Under the pieces are notes generated by a model. It ran no database searches, was not told the DNA's origin, and saw only the letters and a program-made list of their open reading frames with translations. Positions 20,684 through 30,393 of a stretch of 64,000 nt of DNA are shown one piece after another. Made by a program: the position numbers and the translations under genes. The stretch covers positions 128,001 through 192,000 of the forward strand of contig OZ242164.1 in assembly GCA_965205335.1 (NCBI GenBank), read 5' to 3'. Each line of letters opens with the position of its first letter. Within the stretch, counting starts at the first letter, position 1. The stretch comes from Candidatus Woesearchaeota archaeon. Its GTDB lineage: Archaea > Nanobdellota > Nanobdellia > Woesearchaeales > UBA583.

Positions 20684-20756
20684 CATGGCATTACACATCT
20701 TCTTATGAGTTTGACAACTTTCAGAGAAAGTTGAGGTGGTGACATATGCAACACAT
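20684..20756. mobile_element. Family-2 MITE remnant
   Basis: Reverse-complement match to 12772-12840. Confidence 0.6.
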
Positions 20757-20759
20757 CTT

Positions 20760-21302
20760 ATTCTCTGTAAAAAAACTTATTTAGAATTTATTTATTTATT
20801 AAGTGTGTTACTTCAAATTCTTTTAAAAGTTTCTGGGATATGTTTTTTTCAAAATAGCATAATTCTATTTTTTTATTGTTTTCTTTTAGATTCTTAATTA
20901 CTGGGATAAAATCTCCATCACCACTAATTAGAATGAATTTTTCACAAATGTTTTCATAGTTACATTTAAGCATATCAACTGCTAAATTTACATCATCTCC
21001 TTTGATTATATATTGTTCTTTTTCCTCAATTAATCTTTTATGTCTCTTGCATAGGATAATATTGAAATTTTTAATTTTTCTTAATCTTTTAAAAAATTCC
21101 TGTTGTTTTACAAATAAATTTTCAAGACCCTTTAATTTTTTTAGAGAACCATTATAATAAAAGATTTCTACTATAATTTCTTTGTCTCCTATTAAATAAT
21201 TTATATATTTTTCAAAATCAAAACTAATATCAGAATATCTCTTATTTATTGTCCTAACACCATAGAAGAAATTAGCCCCATCTATAAAAAACAAACTTTC
21301 AT
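20760..21302 (-). pseudogene. NYN-domain ribonuclease, class 2, inactivated
   Basis: FIDGANFFYG, KGDDVNLAVD, SGDGDF; 1-nt deletion after codon 3 and premature TAA at 20788 versus the paralogue at 25704. Confidence 0.8.
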
Positions 21303-21369
21303 TTTAAAAACCCATTTGTAAACCAAATGGGATACCTAGCAAGTTTTTTTTAGGAACTCTGAAACCTAC
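21303..21369 (-). ncRNA. Putative pseudoknot + hairpin leader RNA of NYN (class 2, copy A)
   Basis: UAGG-UUUCAGAGUU-CCUA-A7-CUUG, then hairpin CCCAUUUG/CAAAUGGG; TATA at ~21388-21397. Confidence 0.6.
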
Positions 21370-21645
21370 TATAATACTATAATAAGATATTTATAAACAT
21401 ATCTGAAAATTGACTTGACAACAAATGAAGGGAAAAAAAGTTAGAATCTCAATTGAAAAAATTATTTGTCAAAAATTGCTATATTTCTTGAATTTCTGGA
21501 CAAATGTTAGTTATTTTGCCTAATTCAAATAGATACTATTGAGAAAAACTCTTGTAAATGATGCTGTGACTGGAAAGGTCTGTGTAATCTAACACCATAA
21601 TAGTAAAATTTGTAAAAATTCCGAACTTTACGCAAAGTAGTACTA

Positions 21646-21669
21646 TTTTTGTAGTAATTACTACAAAAA
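21646..21669. promoter_or_regulatory. Perfect 24-bp palindrome (probable operator) upstream of the MNT-HEPN operon
   Basis: TTTTTGTAGTAATTACTACAAAAA just upstream of TATA tttataaata. Confidence 0.65.
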
Positions 21670-21708
21670 AAGAAGTAGTTTTATAAATAAACAAAACCTA
21701 GCTCTTTT

Positions 21709-22326
21709 ATGATTAAACCTGAAGAAAAAATATTTTTGGCATTCTTTGAAAGCAGAGAAGATAAACTTTACTTCAATCAACTTCAAAAATTGACTGGATT
21801 AAGCCCTTCTTCATTAAACAATACAATAAAAAGATTAAAACAAAAAAATATACTTAAAGAAACCAAAACGCAATCAAACACCTTCTATTCAATAAAAGAC
21901 AAAGAAACAAAACATATTGAGTTCTCTAAAATTGCATTAAATAAATTCAATTCCCTAAACTACAAGATTACGTCTCCCCTAAAAGAACTTACAAAACACA
22001 TAAACAACATAAACTCTATAATTCTTTTTGGCTCATCTTCAAGAGGAGAGGAAAGAGAAGAGAGTGACATAGATTTGTTATTTATAATAAACTTATACAA
22101 AAATAAAAAACTACAAGAATCATATGAACAGGAAACTAAGAAAATAATAGAATATGCAAAACAGAAAGCAAGTTTACTGAGCATATATCCAATAAGCATA
22201 TTCATTACAGACGAGAATAATTTTATAAAAGCAAAGAAAGATTATTTAATACAAAGTGCTAAAAATACAGGATATCCGATATTTAACAGGGAACAGTACT
22301 ACAAATTAATTGAGAATGAAAATTGA
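21709..22326 (+). CDS. HTH + minimal nucleotidyltransferase (MNT) antitoxin
   Basis: LFGSSSRGEEREESDIDL; N-terminal wHTH. Confidence 0.88.
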   Translation: MIKPEEKIFLAFFESREDKLYFNQLQKLTGLSPSSLNNTIKRLKQKNILKETKTQSNTFYSIKDKETKHIEFSKIALNKFNSLNYKITSPLKELTKHINNINSIILFGSSSRGEEREESDIDLLFIINLYKNKKLQESYEQETKKIIEYAKQKASLLSIYPISIFITDENNFIKAKKDYLIQSAKNTGYPIFNREQYYKLIENEN

Positions 22327-22822
22327 AGAACTAATTGAGGATAAAAAGAAGATTGAAGAACTTTATAAGAACTATTTAAACAAAAAACTAATTATAAAAT
22401 CAAAAGATCATAATTTGCTCAAAAAAACTCATATTGAAAAAGCAAAACATAATCTGGGTTTTGCAGAAAAAATACTAAACTTTGAAGACTATAATGACTG
22501 GATAATAATCTCTCTTTACTACACCCTATATCATAGTTTTCTGGCATTAGTTCAAAAAAAAGGTTACTCTTCCAAAAATCACAATGCAACTCTGACATTT
22601 ATCTTAAAACATTACATTGAATTTGAAAAAGCAGAACTTGAACTATTTGTTAACTTAAAAATATCAGAAGAAGACGCAATATTCTATTCAAGATTAAAAG
22701 AATACAGGACAAAAGCAAGTTACTCAACCAATATTAATTTCAAGAATGAAGACGTAAATGAACTAAACAAAAAAGTAAAAAAACTGCTAATTAAAATAAA
22801 TCATATTATTGAAAATGAATAA
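22316..22822 (+). CDS. HEPN-domain protein
   Basis: AKHNL...WIIISLYYTLYH...SKNH...RTKASY; overlaps the MNT stop. Confidence 0.85.
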   Translation: MKIEELIEDKKKIEELYKNYLNKKLIIKSKDHNLLKKTHIEKAKHNLGFAEKILNFEDYNDWIIISLYYTLYHSFLALVQKKGYSSKNHNATLTFILKHYIEFEKAELELFVNLKISEEDAIFYSRLKEYRTKASYSTNINFKNEDVNELNKKVKKLLIKINHIIENE

Positions 22823-22982
22823 ACACATAAATCTGATTCTTCTCTCCCAAAATTCTTTTTAAGTTCTTTACCGTTTGCGAGTACAAAAATAAAGTAGTTT
22901 CTATTGTTTTTCTTTGAATATTGCAGAAAATCTTCAAAAATTAGCGAAAATTATTTAAATACAGATGAATTATTTTATAATT

Positions 22983-24260
22983 ATGCTAATTAGTTTCAAG
23001 GTTAAAAATTTTTTATCAATAAAAGATGAAGTTGAGTTGAGTTTAGACTCTACATCTAGCAAATCTAATCCTAAGAATTTGTTTAAGGCGGGAGGTTATA
23101 CTTTATTAAATTCCTGTGTAATTTATGGTCCTAATGCTTCAGGTAAGTCAAATATTATCAAAGCAATTTTTTTTGTATGGAATTTAGTTAAAAATTCACT
23201 TAATTTTAACGAGGATGTTAGATTATCAGATCCTCCATTTAATTTGAGGCAATTTAAATTAGATAAAAAGATGTCCCAAATGCCAAGTGAGTTTGAAATT
23301 TATTTTATTAAAAATGATATTGAGTACATATATGGTTTTTCCTGTAATGAAACTAAGATAATTAAGGAGTTTCTGAAGTATAAACCAAAAGGAGAAAATT
23401 TTAAAGAAATTTTTGCAAGAGATGAACAATTCAACGAAGAATTCAAATTTACTCATGATAAAAATAAACAAAGGAAAATTGAGGAATTTACAAATAAAAA
23501 CACATTGTATTTGTCAAAATCAACTCAATTTAATTATGAAAAGATAAAACCTGCTTATGATTTTATTGCTAATGATTTAGTTATTAACTATAGCCCTTCT
23601 TGGAGTGATTATACAATGAAAAAAATCCATGAGGATGTCAAATTTAAAGATAAAGTGGTTGATATACTAGAGAGAGCAGATTTTGGAGGAATTGTTGACT
23701 TGAATGTGAAGAAAAAGAAAGGGAAAGTTAGTGGTTTTGAAGTTAAATTTGAAGGCAAGAGCCCGAGCCTTAAGGAGATTGATGAAGAAGGAGATTTTTA
23801 TGATTTAAAAATATCTCACCCAACTAAGGATGGTAAGGTAGAATATTTTGAGATAAATGAAGAATCAATAGGGACCCAGAAAGTATTTAACATGTTAGGA
23901 CCAATCTTTAATATTTTTGAAACTGGAAAAGTTTTAATTATTGATGAATTAGAATCAAGTTTACATCCCAATATTACTCGTTTTTTAGTAAAGTTATTTA
24001 GTAGCAAGTATAACAAGAAGAATGGGCAAATTATATTTACGACACACGACACAACTTTATTGAAAGAAGAGGAATTATTTAGAAGAGACCAGGTTTACAT
24101 TTGTTCTAAAAGACCTAATGAACAAACAGAGTTATATAGTTTAGTTGATTTTAAGTTAAGAGAAGATATGAACTTTGAGAAAGCCTATTTTGGGGGGAGA
24201 GTTGGAGGACTTCCATTTATTGATGAAACTTTTTTTGATGAAAATGACGAGGAGAAATAG
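22983..24260 (+). CDS. RloA-like AAA_21 ATPase
   Basis: FKVKNFLSI, GPNASGKSN, ESIGT, IDELESSLHP, FTTH, Y..GRVGGLP. Confidence 0.9.
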   Translation: MLISFKVKNFLSIKDEVELSLDSTSSKSNPKNLFKAGGYTLLNSCVIYGPNASGKSNIIKAIFFVWNLVKNSLNFNEDVRLSDPPFNLRQFKLDKKMSQMPSEFEIYFIKNDIEYIYGFSCNETKIIKEFLKYKPKGENFKEIFARDEQFNEEFKFTHDKNKQRKIEEFTNKNTLYLSKSTQFNYEKIKPAYDFIANDLVINYSPSWSDYTMKKIHEDVKFKDKVVDILERADFGGIVDLNVKKKKGKVSGFEVKFEGKSPSLKEIDEEGDFYDLKISHPTKDGKVEYFEINEESIGTQKVFNMLGPIFNIFETGKVLIIDELESSLHPNITRFLVKLFSSKYNKKNGQIIFTTHDTTLLKEEELFRRDQVYICSKRPNEQTELYSLVDFKLREDMNFEKAYFGGRVGGLPFIDETFFDENDEEK

Positions 24261-24471
24261 GAATATTAAAAAATCTACTAGAACTTTATGGATATTTTGT
24301 GAAGGTCATACTGAAGAGAGATATTTTAAGAATTTGAAGTTTAATGAGCGTTTGAGAATCAAATCTAGATTGGCTAGGAGGTCTTCTCCTGATTCAATTG
24401 TTGAAAAAGCAATAAGGTTTTTAGAAAATGGAGGTGAATTTGAGAGCGGAGATTTAATTTGTTGTGTTTAA
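24244..24471 (+). pseudogene. RloB-like TOPRIM protein truncated by a MITE fragment
   Basis: IFCEGHTEERYF; frame is cut at CVF(D) by a MITE end (24468-24506). Confidence 0.8.
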
Positions 24472-24578
24472 CACTTTAAGTTTTCTTGAATTTCCGGACA
24501 GAATCCTAAATCTGAATTCTTTTTAACTCATCAGATCTTTTAAACTTCTGTCCGCAATACCAAATCTAAAAACAAGGC

Positions 24579-24914
24579 TTAACCCTTATATCTAAATTTT
24601 TTATTATATTCCTTGTGATCAATAATTGCAAGAATAAATGCAATAATCTCCACTTCATTTCCCTTTATGGTATAAAGCAGTCTCCAAAAATTTGAAATTT
24701 CAACCCTATATAGATTTTCATATTGTAAATACTCCCTTGGAATCAGATTTTTTCTAATAGGATCTCCAAACTGAGGATTTGTTCTGAGTCTTTCCTTTAC
24801 TTTGTCAATTGATTTTAGAAGTATCCTTGCCTGCTTGTCAGATCTTTTCTTTAATTGAGAATAGTTTTCAATTGCCTCACCAAGCAACCTTACTCTAACT
24901 TCTTTATCAACCAT
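24579..24914 (-). CDS. RelE/ParE-like toxin
   Basis: NPQFGDPI...NLYRVEISNFWRLLYTI. Confidence 0.7.
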   Translation of the reverse strand: MVDKEVRVRLLGEAIENYSQLKKRSDKQARILLKSIDKVKERLRTNPQFGDPIRKNLIPREYLQYENLYRVEISNFWRLLYTIKGNEVEIIAFILAIIDHKEYNKKFRYKG

Positions 24915-24916
24915 CT

Positions 24917-25186
24917 TTACAATTCAATGCTGTTTTTAATTAACTTATCCATCTCCTTTGGATTTGTATAAATCCATTGAACTCCTTTTGGTCCGTAAAT
25001 TATCTTTCCGCTCTCCCACAAATACTCTAAAATAACCTTCAAAGTCTGATGCATAACTTGTCTTGGGAGAGATTTTCTTATTTCTGACACTTTCATCGGA
25101 ACAGAATTATTCTTTTGCAGAAATTCCTCAACCATAAGCACAGTTCCAAGATTAGGGTATCTGCCTTTCTTGAGCATATTTTCCAT
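24917..25186 (-). CDS. Small wHTH protein, putative antitoxin
   Basis: PNLGTVLMVE...LPRQVMHQTLKVILEYL; directly upstream of the RelE-like gene. Confidence 0.65.
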   Translation of the reverse strand: MENMLKKGRYPNLGTVLMVEEFLQKNNSVPMKVSEIRKSLPRQVMHQTLKVILEYLWESGKIIYGPKGVQWIYTNPKEMDKLIKNSIEL

Positions 25187-25308
25187 TTTTATATATGTTA
25201 ATATTAAAAAAGTATTAATAGATATATATAGTTTACATTTACTTATATATAAAACTTTTCATAGTTGGCAACATTCTTAATCACATCTAAGGACTTTTTA
25301 GTGATATT

Positions 25309-25530
25309 TTAATTCTTTATCTTCCAATATCCTCCCCTATCAGGCCCTACCCTTTCAATAATACCTTTCCTTTTCAGTTTATCTAATTGAAATTTAACCC
25401 CATCTTCACTAATTCCTACTAATTGAGATAATTCTCTCCTACTAACTTTAGGATTTTTCATAATCAAAGTAACTATTTTTCTAGTAGTTTTGTGAGTGAT
25501 TTTCTGGGCAGTTTTCTGGGTAGTTTTCAT
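25309..25530 (-). CDS. Winged-HTH fragment, duplicate of 2239-2484
   Basis: Near-identical but with two fewer 12-bp repeats; followed by a half MITE at 25531-25591. Confidence 0.65.
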   Translation of the reverse strand: MKTTQKTAQKITHKTTRKIVTLIMKNPKVSRRELSQLVGISEDGVKFQLDKLKRKGIIERVGPDRGGYWKIKN

Positions 25531-25591
25531 TTGTCAAAAATTACTTTATTTATATAACACTTTAAGTTCTCTTGAATTTCCGGACAGAGCC
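25531..25591. mobile_element. Half of a family-1 MITE
   Basis: Ends in AATTTCCGGACAGAGCC. Confidence 0.85.
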
Positions 25592-25633
25592 GAACTAAAG
25601 AAAAGTTTATAAATATCTATATGTTATATATAT

Positions 25634-25700
25634 TAAGTTTCATGGTCACTTGTAAAAAAACCTGCTTCGTATTCCCTCCCTCATTCGTGATGGAGGTTTT
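25634..25700 (+). ncRNA. Putative pseudoknot + hairpin leader RNA of NYN (class 2, copy B)
   Basis: UAAG-UUUCAUGGUCA-CUUG-UA7-CCUG, then a CCUCC..UUCG..GGAGG hairpin; TATA at 25606-25615. Confidence 0.6.
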
Positions 25701-25703
25701 AAA

Positions 25704-26261
25704 ATGAAAGTTCTTGTTTTTATAGATGGTGCTAATTTCTTTTATGGCATAAGAAGTATTAGATCTAAATATAGTGATTTAAATTTTAATTTTGAAAAAT
25801 ATATAAAAAATGAGATTTTAAAAGAAGCAGATGAATTATTGAACGTTTTCTATTACAATGCTCCATTAAAAAACTTAGGTGGAAATAATAATCTGTATGC
25901 TAAACAACAAAGATTTTTTATAAAATTAGAGAAAACAGAAAAGTTCAAAGTAATTTTGTGTAAAAGGCAGAAGAGATTAAATGAAAGAGGAGAAGAGTTT
26001 CACGTAATTAAAGGTGATGACATTCATTTAGCAGTTGATTTAGTTAGATGTTTATATGAAACAGAAGTTGATAAGATAATTTTAATGAGTGGAGATGGGG
26101 ATTTCAAACCTGCAATCAGATTGGCAAAAGAGAAAGATAAAATTGTAAATCTGTGTTATTTTAAAGATAACATTTCTAAGAATATTTATAATATAACAAA
26201 TCAGAAGTATTTAATAGATAAAAGAATTTTAAATAAATATTTTTATAGATGGAAAAAATGA
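25704..26261 (+). CDS. NYN-domain ribonuclease, class 2 (intact)
   Basis: VFIDGANFFYG, KGDDIHLAVD, SGDGDFKP. Confidence 0.9.
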   Translation: MKVLVFIDGANFFYGIRSIRSKYSDLNFNFEKYIKNEILKEADELLNVFYYNAPLKNLGGNNNLYAKQQRFFIKLEKTEKFKVILCKRQKRLNERGEEFHVIKGDDIHLAVDLVRCLYETEVDKIILMSGDGDFKPAIRLAKEKDKIVNLCYFKDNISKNIYNITNQKYLIDKRILNKYFYRWKK

Positions 26262-26451
26262 AAATAGGAACTGTAATTCCTATGCACAAATCATTAAAAG
26301 TTGGAAGGGATTTATTACTCTGAAAAAATAGATAATTCTGAAAATTGGTTGTTTATTTATGAGTATTCTATTTTGATGGGGAAAAAAGAAGGATTTGATA
26401 AATCACCATTATTTAAAAAGCTAAGAGAAAGAAATATTTCTTTTATAGAAT

Positions 26452-26868
26452 ATGAGAAATTATAATGAATCACTAAATGTTGCTCAAAAGTTGTACACAG
26501 ATAATACTTCAAGTTTGTGGGTAATAGTTAGTAGTTATTATTCTATGTTTTATCTTGCAAATGCAGTGTTATACAAGTTAGGATATAAGGTAGGAGATAA
26601 AATTGCACATAAAATAACATCTGATGCGTTAATAGTTTTAGTTAAAGATAAACTAAGTACTTATATTTTAAATGAGTATGAGATTGCAAGCGAAGAGGCA
26701 TTGTTGATTTCTAATAATTTAATTGAGAATTATGATTTTGAGAGAATAAAAAGGTCTAAATTACAGTATGAATCTACTGAAGAAATTAAAATATCAAAAG
26801 CAAGAACTTCCTTAGATAGAGCAAAAAGGTTTGCTTTGGAGTTAGAAAATTATCTTGAGAAATTATGA
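26452..26868 (+). CDS. HEPN-domain protein (possibly 5'-truncated)
   Basis: WVIVSSYYSMFY...AHKIT...RSKLQY. Confidence 0.75.
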   Translation: MRNYNESLNVAQKLYTDNTSSLWVIVSSYYSMFYLANAVLYKLGYKVGDKIAHKITSDALIVLVKDKLSTYILNEYEIASEEALLISNNLIENYDFERIKRSKLQYESTEEIKISKARTSLDRAKRFALELENYLEKL

Positions 26869-27013
26869 ATTGAAATTGTTTGCCATCTTCTTGCCATTAA
26901 AAGATAATTTGACAATTCAAATAGAAGAAAAAAGATTAGATTCAGGTAGTCAATAAAAGAATTCAATTCATATACATTGACATTCTCAAGCCATATAATG
27001 GGATAATATTCTC

Positions 27014-27082
27014 GGCTCTGTCCAGAAATTGCTTTTTCCAAAATCTATGCTAACTATATTCAATCAAAGAAAAAAATTATTT
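27014..27082. mobile_element. Half of a family-1 MITE
   Basis: Begins GGCTCTGTCCAGAAATT. Confidence 0.8.
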
Positions 27083-27120
27083 GAGCAACATAGGAAAGTA
27101 AGAAGTGTATAATATGTTAT

Positions 27121-27447
27121 TTGAAAAAGGATTTGATGTTAAGGATAAATAAGGTTGAGAAAATTAGTTCTGAGATAGGAAGGATAAAGTATTCAATGAA
27201 GTTGTTTGGTCTTGATGTTAAATTTGAGAGTACTAGGTTTTTCACAGTTATTTTAAGAAGAGTTTCTACCACCCAAGTTACCCCCCAAGTTGAACTTACT
27301 GAGTTGGAGAAAAAAATATTGTTGGATATACAAGCAAATCCTAATATTTCAAGAAATGACTTGGCAATTAATCTAGATATTAGTTCAACAATCAAAGAAT
27401 TAACAAATAAAAGCTTCTATTTCATACAACTCCCATTTTGGGAGTAA
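27121..27447 (+). pseudogene. Fragment of a HATPase-HTH regulator (duplicate of part of 34485-35060)
   Basis: Matches 34707-34965 with substitutions. Confidence 0.75.
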
Positions 27448-27502
27448 GTTTATAAATAAATGAATCACAATAAATATAAATACTAATAAGAAATAATTTA
27501 GA

Positions 27503-28348
27503 GTGGAAACAGACAATCAAGACATCTTAATTGAATCATTAAGAGCATTAGAAGTAATTAGAGAATCTAAATCTTCATCAAAAATTAATTTAGAGACATT
27601 AGAAAAAATCACTCCCTTTTTTATAACTGCTCTTACTGGTTTTTTGAAAAAGAACCCCAATATTAAAATAATCATGCCCAAAAATAATTCCCTCTGTTCT
27701 TATCTGAAAACAATAAAATTTCCACAGACTACTAACTCATTAAATACGAATAAAAAAACATACACACCTTTATATGAATTAAAAACAAGATTAGGTTCTG
27801 ATAGTGAGAATGGTGAAATCATAGATATGATTGAAAAAATCATTGTTGAAAATTTTAATCTGAAAACAAATATTAATATTTTAATGTCTATCTTTGATGA
27901 ATTAATCTGTAATATTCAACAACACTCAAACTCAAACTTTAACTGCATCCAAGCCCAAATGTATGATAACAAATTAGCAATATCACTACTTGATACAGGA
28001 ATTTCAATCCCTCAAAGTTATATAAGAGTAGGATATAAAGACGAAGAAGATATGCAATTATTTAAGTTAGCATTTAATGGGATCTCTACAAAAGATAATA
28101 AAGAAAGAGGAACAGGAATTCCAAATATATATAACTGGGTTTGTAAAGGCTTAAAAGGAAGCATGGTTATAATTTCAAAGAGTTGTGTTTTTAAAAAATT
28201 ACCAAATGAAGAACTGGAATTTATTAACTTAAAATCAAAAGAATTAAATCTTAAATTTGAAGGAACAATAATTAACTTGCTTTTTGAGAAGCCTAAAACA
28301 AAAATAAACATTTACAAGCATATAAAGAACAAAATCCTTACTGAATAA
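27503..28348 (+). CDS. HATPase_c (anti-sigma/kinase-like) protein
   Basis: ELICNIQQHS, DTGISI, GIST..RGTG, GT boxes. Confidence 0.8.
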   Translation: METDNQDILIESLRALEVIRESKSSSKINLETLEKITPFFITALTGFLKKNPNIKIIMPKNNSLCSYLKTIKFPQTTNSLNTNKKTYTPLYELKTRLGSDSENGEIIDMIEKIIVENFNLKTNINILMSIFDELICNIQQHSNSNFNCIQAQMYDNKLAISLLDTGISIPQSYIRVGYKDEEDMQLFKLAFNGISTKDNKERGTGIPNIYNWVCKGLKGSMVIISKSCVFKKLPNEELEFINLKSKELNLKFEGTIINLLFEKPKTKINIYKHIKNKILTE

Positions 28349-28412
28349 ACAATAGCAAAGTTTATAATATTTGTTATATATTAGGTAATTATTAATTAAG
28401 GGGTTATGGTAA

Positions 28413-28709
28413 ATGATTATATTAAATAAAAACTTAGCAACAAGAATGTCAGCTCAAAATTTATTTGAAAAAATTAAAAAAGAGAGTGATTACTCATTAG
28501 ATTTTAAAAATGTAATTATTGCTTCAAGGTCTTTTACAAATGAATTTGTTAATTTAGAAAAGAAACACAAAATAGAAGTTAAAAAGAAGAATATAAAAAA
28601 AGATGTCAAAATGATGTTTGATATAGCAGACAAACCCTTGAATTCAAGCATATTACAACAAGAAAAATACTCAACAGTTTCTATTGACAAATATGCACAC
28701 TTAATATAA
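28413..28709 (+). CDS. STAS-like (DUF4325-type) partner protein
   Basis: LATR...LDFKNVIIASRSFTNE; follows the HATPase gene. Confidence 0.7.
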   Translation: MIILNKNLATRMSAQNLFEKIKKESDYSLDFKNVIIASRSFTNEFVNLEKKHKIEVKKKNIKKDVKMMFDIADKPLNSSILQQEKYSTVSIDKYAHLI

Positions 28710-28754
28710 TTATTATAGACTGAAATTTCATTTGTAAATCTGCCTTCCTTAAAA

Positions 28755-28946
28755 TTATCTTATTTTTATCTCTTTAAATATTGGACCATTTTTTAAACTT
28801 GATAAAATAAATTTGTTGTCTCCCCAAATAAGTTTATTAGTCCATCCTTCTAATTGTCTTCCTTTTTCATTAACCCCAAAATCATCTAATGTTGAAGAAT
28901 TTTCTTTTCGTGGTTCATCAATATGTTCTATTCTTTGAAAAGGCAT
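28755..28946 (-). pseudogene. Fragment of an adenine DNA methyltransferase (type III Mod-like N-terminus)
   Basis: PFQRIEHIDEPR...GWTNKLIWGDNKFILSSL. Confidence 0.7.
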
Positions 28947-29312
28947 AACTACATTTGAAAACTTCTATTTCATTATCTTTTTTCATACCTTGAATTTCGT
29001 CTATAATACTTTCATAGATATTTTTTATAGTTTCTCTTCCTTTGAATTTTTGTTGAATTTCATATTCGATTTCAGTATATTGTTCTCTATCTCTTACCCA
29101 CAAATACATTTCAGGAGAAGTTTGTTGAATTTCTTGCAATAATTCTTTATAATGCCATAATTGAAGTCCATAAGTTTTTTGATGTTTCTTTTTCTTCCCT
29201 TCAAATTTAGCATGATCTTCTTGTTCTAAATCCTTGAAAAGTTTAGCAGATTTAATGTCAATTATATCATAAGAGTAATTTCCAAATTTAGAATTTTTGT
29301 TAGAATTTTTTC

Positions 29313-29552
29313 TTAATAAATCTGGTTTTCCTCTTCTTTATATGCTTCTCTTAATGTCTCCTTACTATAAAGGTTTTCAAGTTCTTCCTGTTCTTGAGAG
29401 GAAATTAATGGGTATCTTGCTTCTCGCAGTTCCTCTCTTACAATCTTTCTGATCATTCTCCCAAGCCTTTCATAATCTATCTTTGCTCTAACACCTCTGT
29501 TACTATCTCCCTTACTCTTAACTTTATTTTCTAATTTTGCACTTTGCACCAT
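29313..29552 (-). CDS. Small hypothetical protein (antitoxin-like)
   Basis: ORF with upstream TATA; IRKIVREEL..P.IS..EQEE. Confidence 0.5.
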   Translation of the reverse strand: MVQSAKLENKVKSKGDSNRGVRAKIDYERLGRMIRKIVREELREARYPLISSQEQEELENLYSKETLREAYKEEENQIY

Positions 29553-30393
29553 AAAAGAATCTCTTCTTTCCCATTTATAAGCCTTGTGGCTATGTTATAG
29601 TACGTTTTAACTTGTTATCCATAAACTTCTTTCACCTATTTGATATTAAATATCTTCCAACACCATCTCCCTTATCTTACTCACTCGTTCTCTAACTTGT
29701 TCGTATTCCATTATTTTGTTTATTCTTTAATTTTAGGATGTTCTTTTAAATATTCTTCTCTTAAAACTATTGCTCCTAATTTAAAAATTAACCATATACT
29801 TATTTTAGGATTTCTATAGAGATAAGTTTGAACTTTTTCAAATTTTGAATTATACATTAAATTATGCATTAATACTATAGATTTCATTTCTACCTGATAT
29901 TTATTTTGTGGTTTTTGTTTATTCAATTCTTTTAGTAAATTATTTTTTTCATCTTTAAGTACTTCATAAAAACTACATTCTTCTAATATCTTTTAACCTA
30001 TTAATAATCTAAGTATAAAGTTAGAAGTTGATAAAGGAATTTTTGTAGAAGAACATTCTAAAGAAAATATTAGATATTGTGCAAAATTTCTTGATTTTTG
30101 AGGTGAGAAACAATTTGATGATAATAAAGTTTGGTATATATATCGTTTTGCTGATGTCAGCAAAATGATTGGAATAGTTAATATTTGTTCTAATTTCTCT
30201 TTTAGAATCAGAGCCTAAACCAACCATTTTCCTGACGTCAGGAAAAAGGTTTAAAACATCATTTCTAATAGTCATGCAAGATTCTTTTGCTTTTTCATTT
30301 ATATTTAGAAAATTACGCAACTACTCATAGTCAGAAGGCACTTTGCTATCATCTCTTCATTTTTAATTTTCTCTAATATCTCTTTTTAATTCC

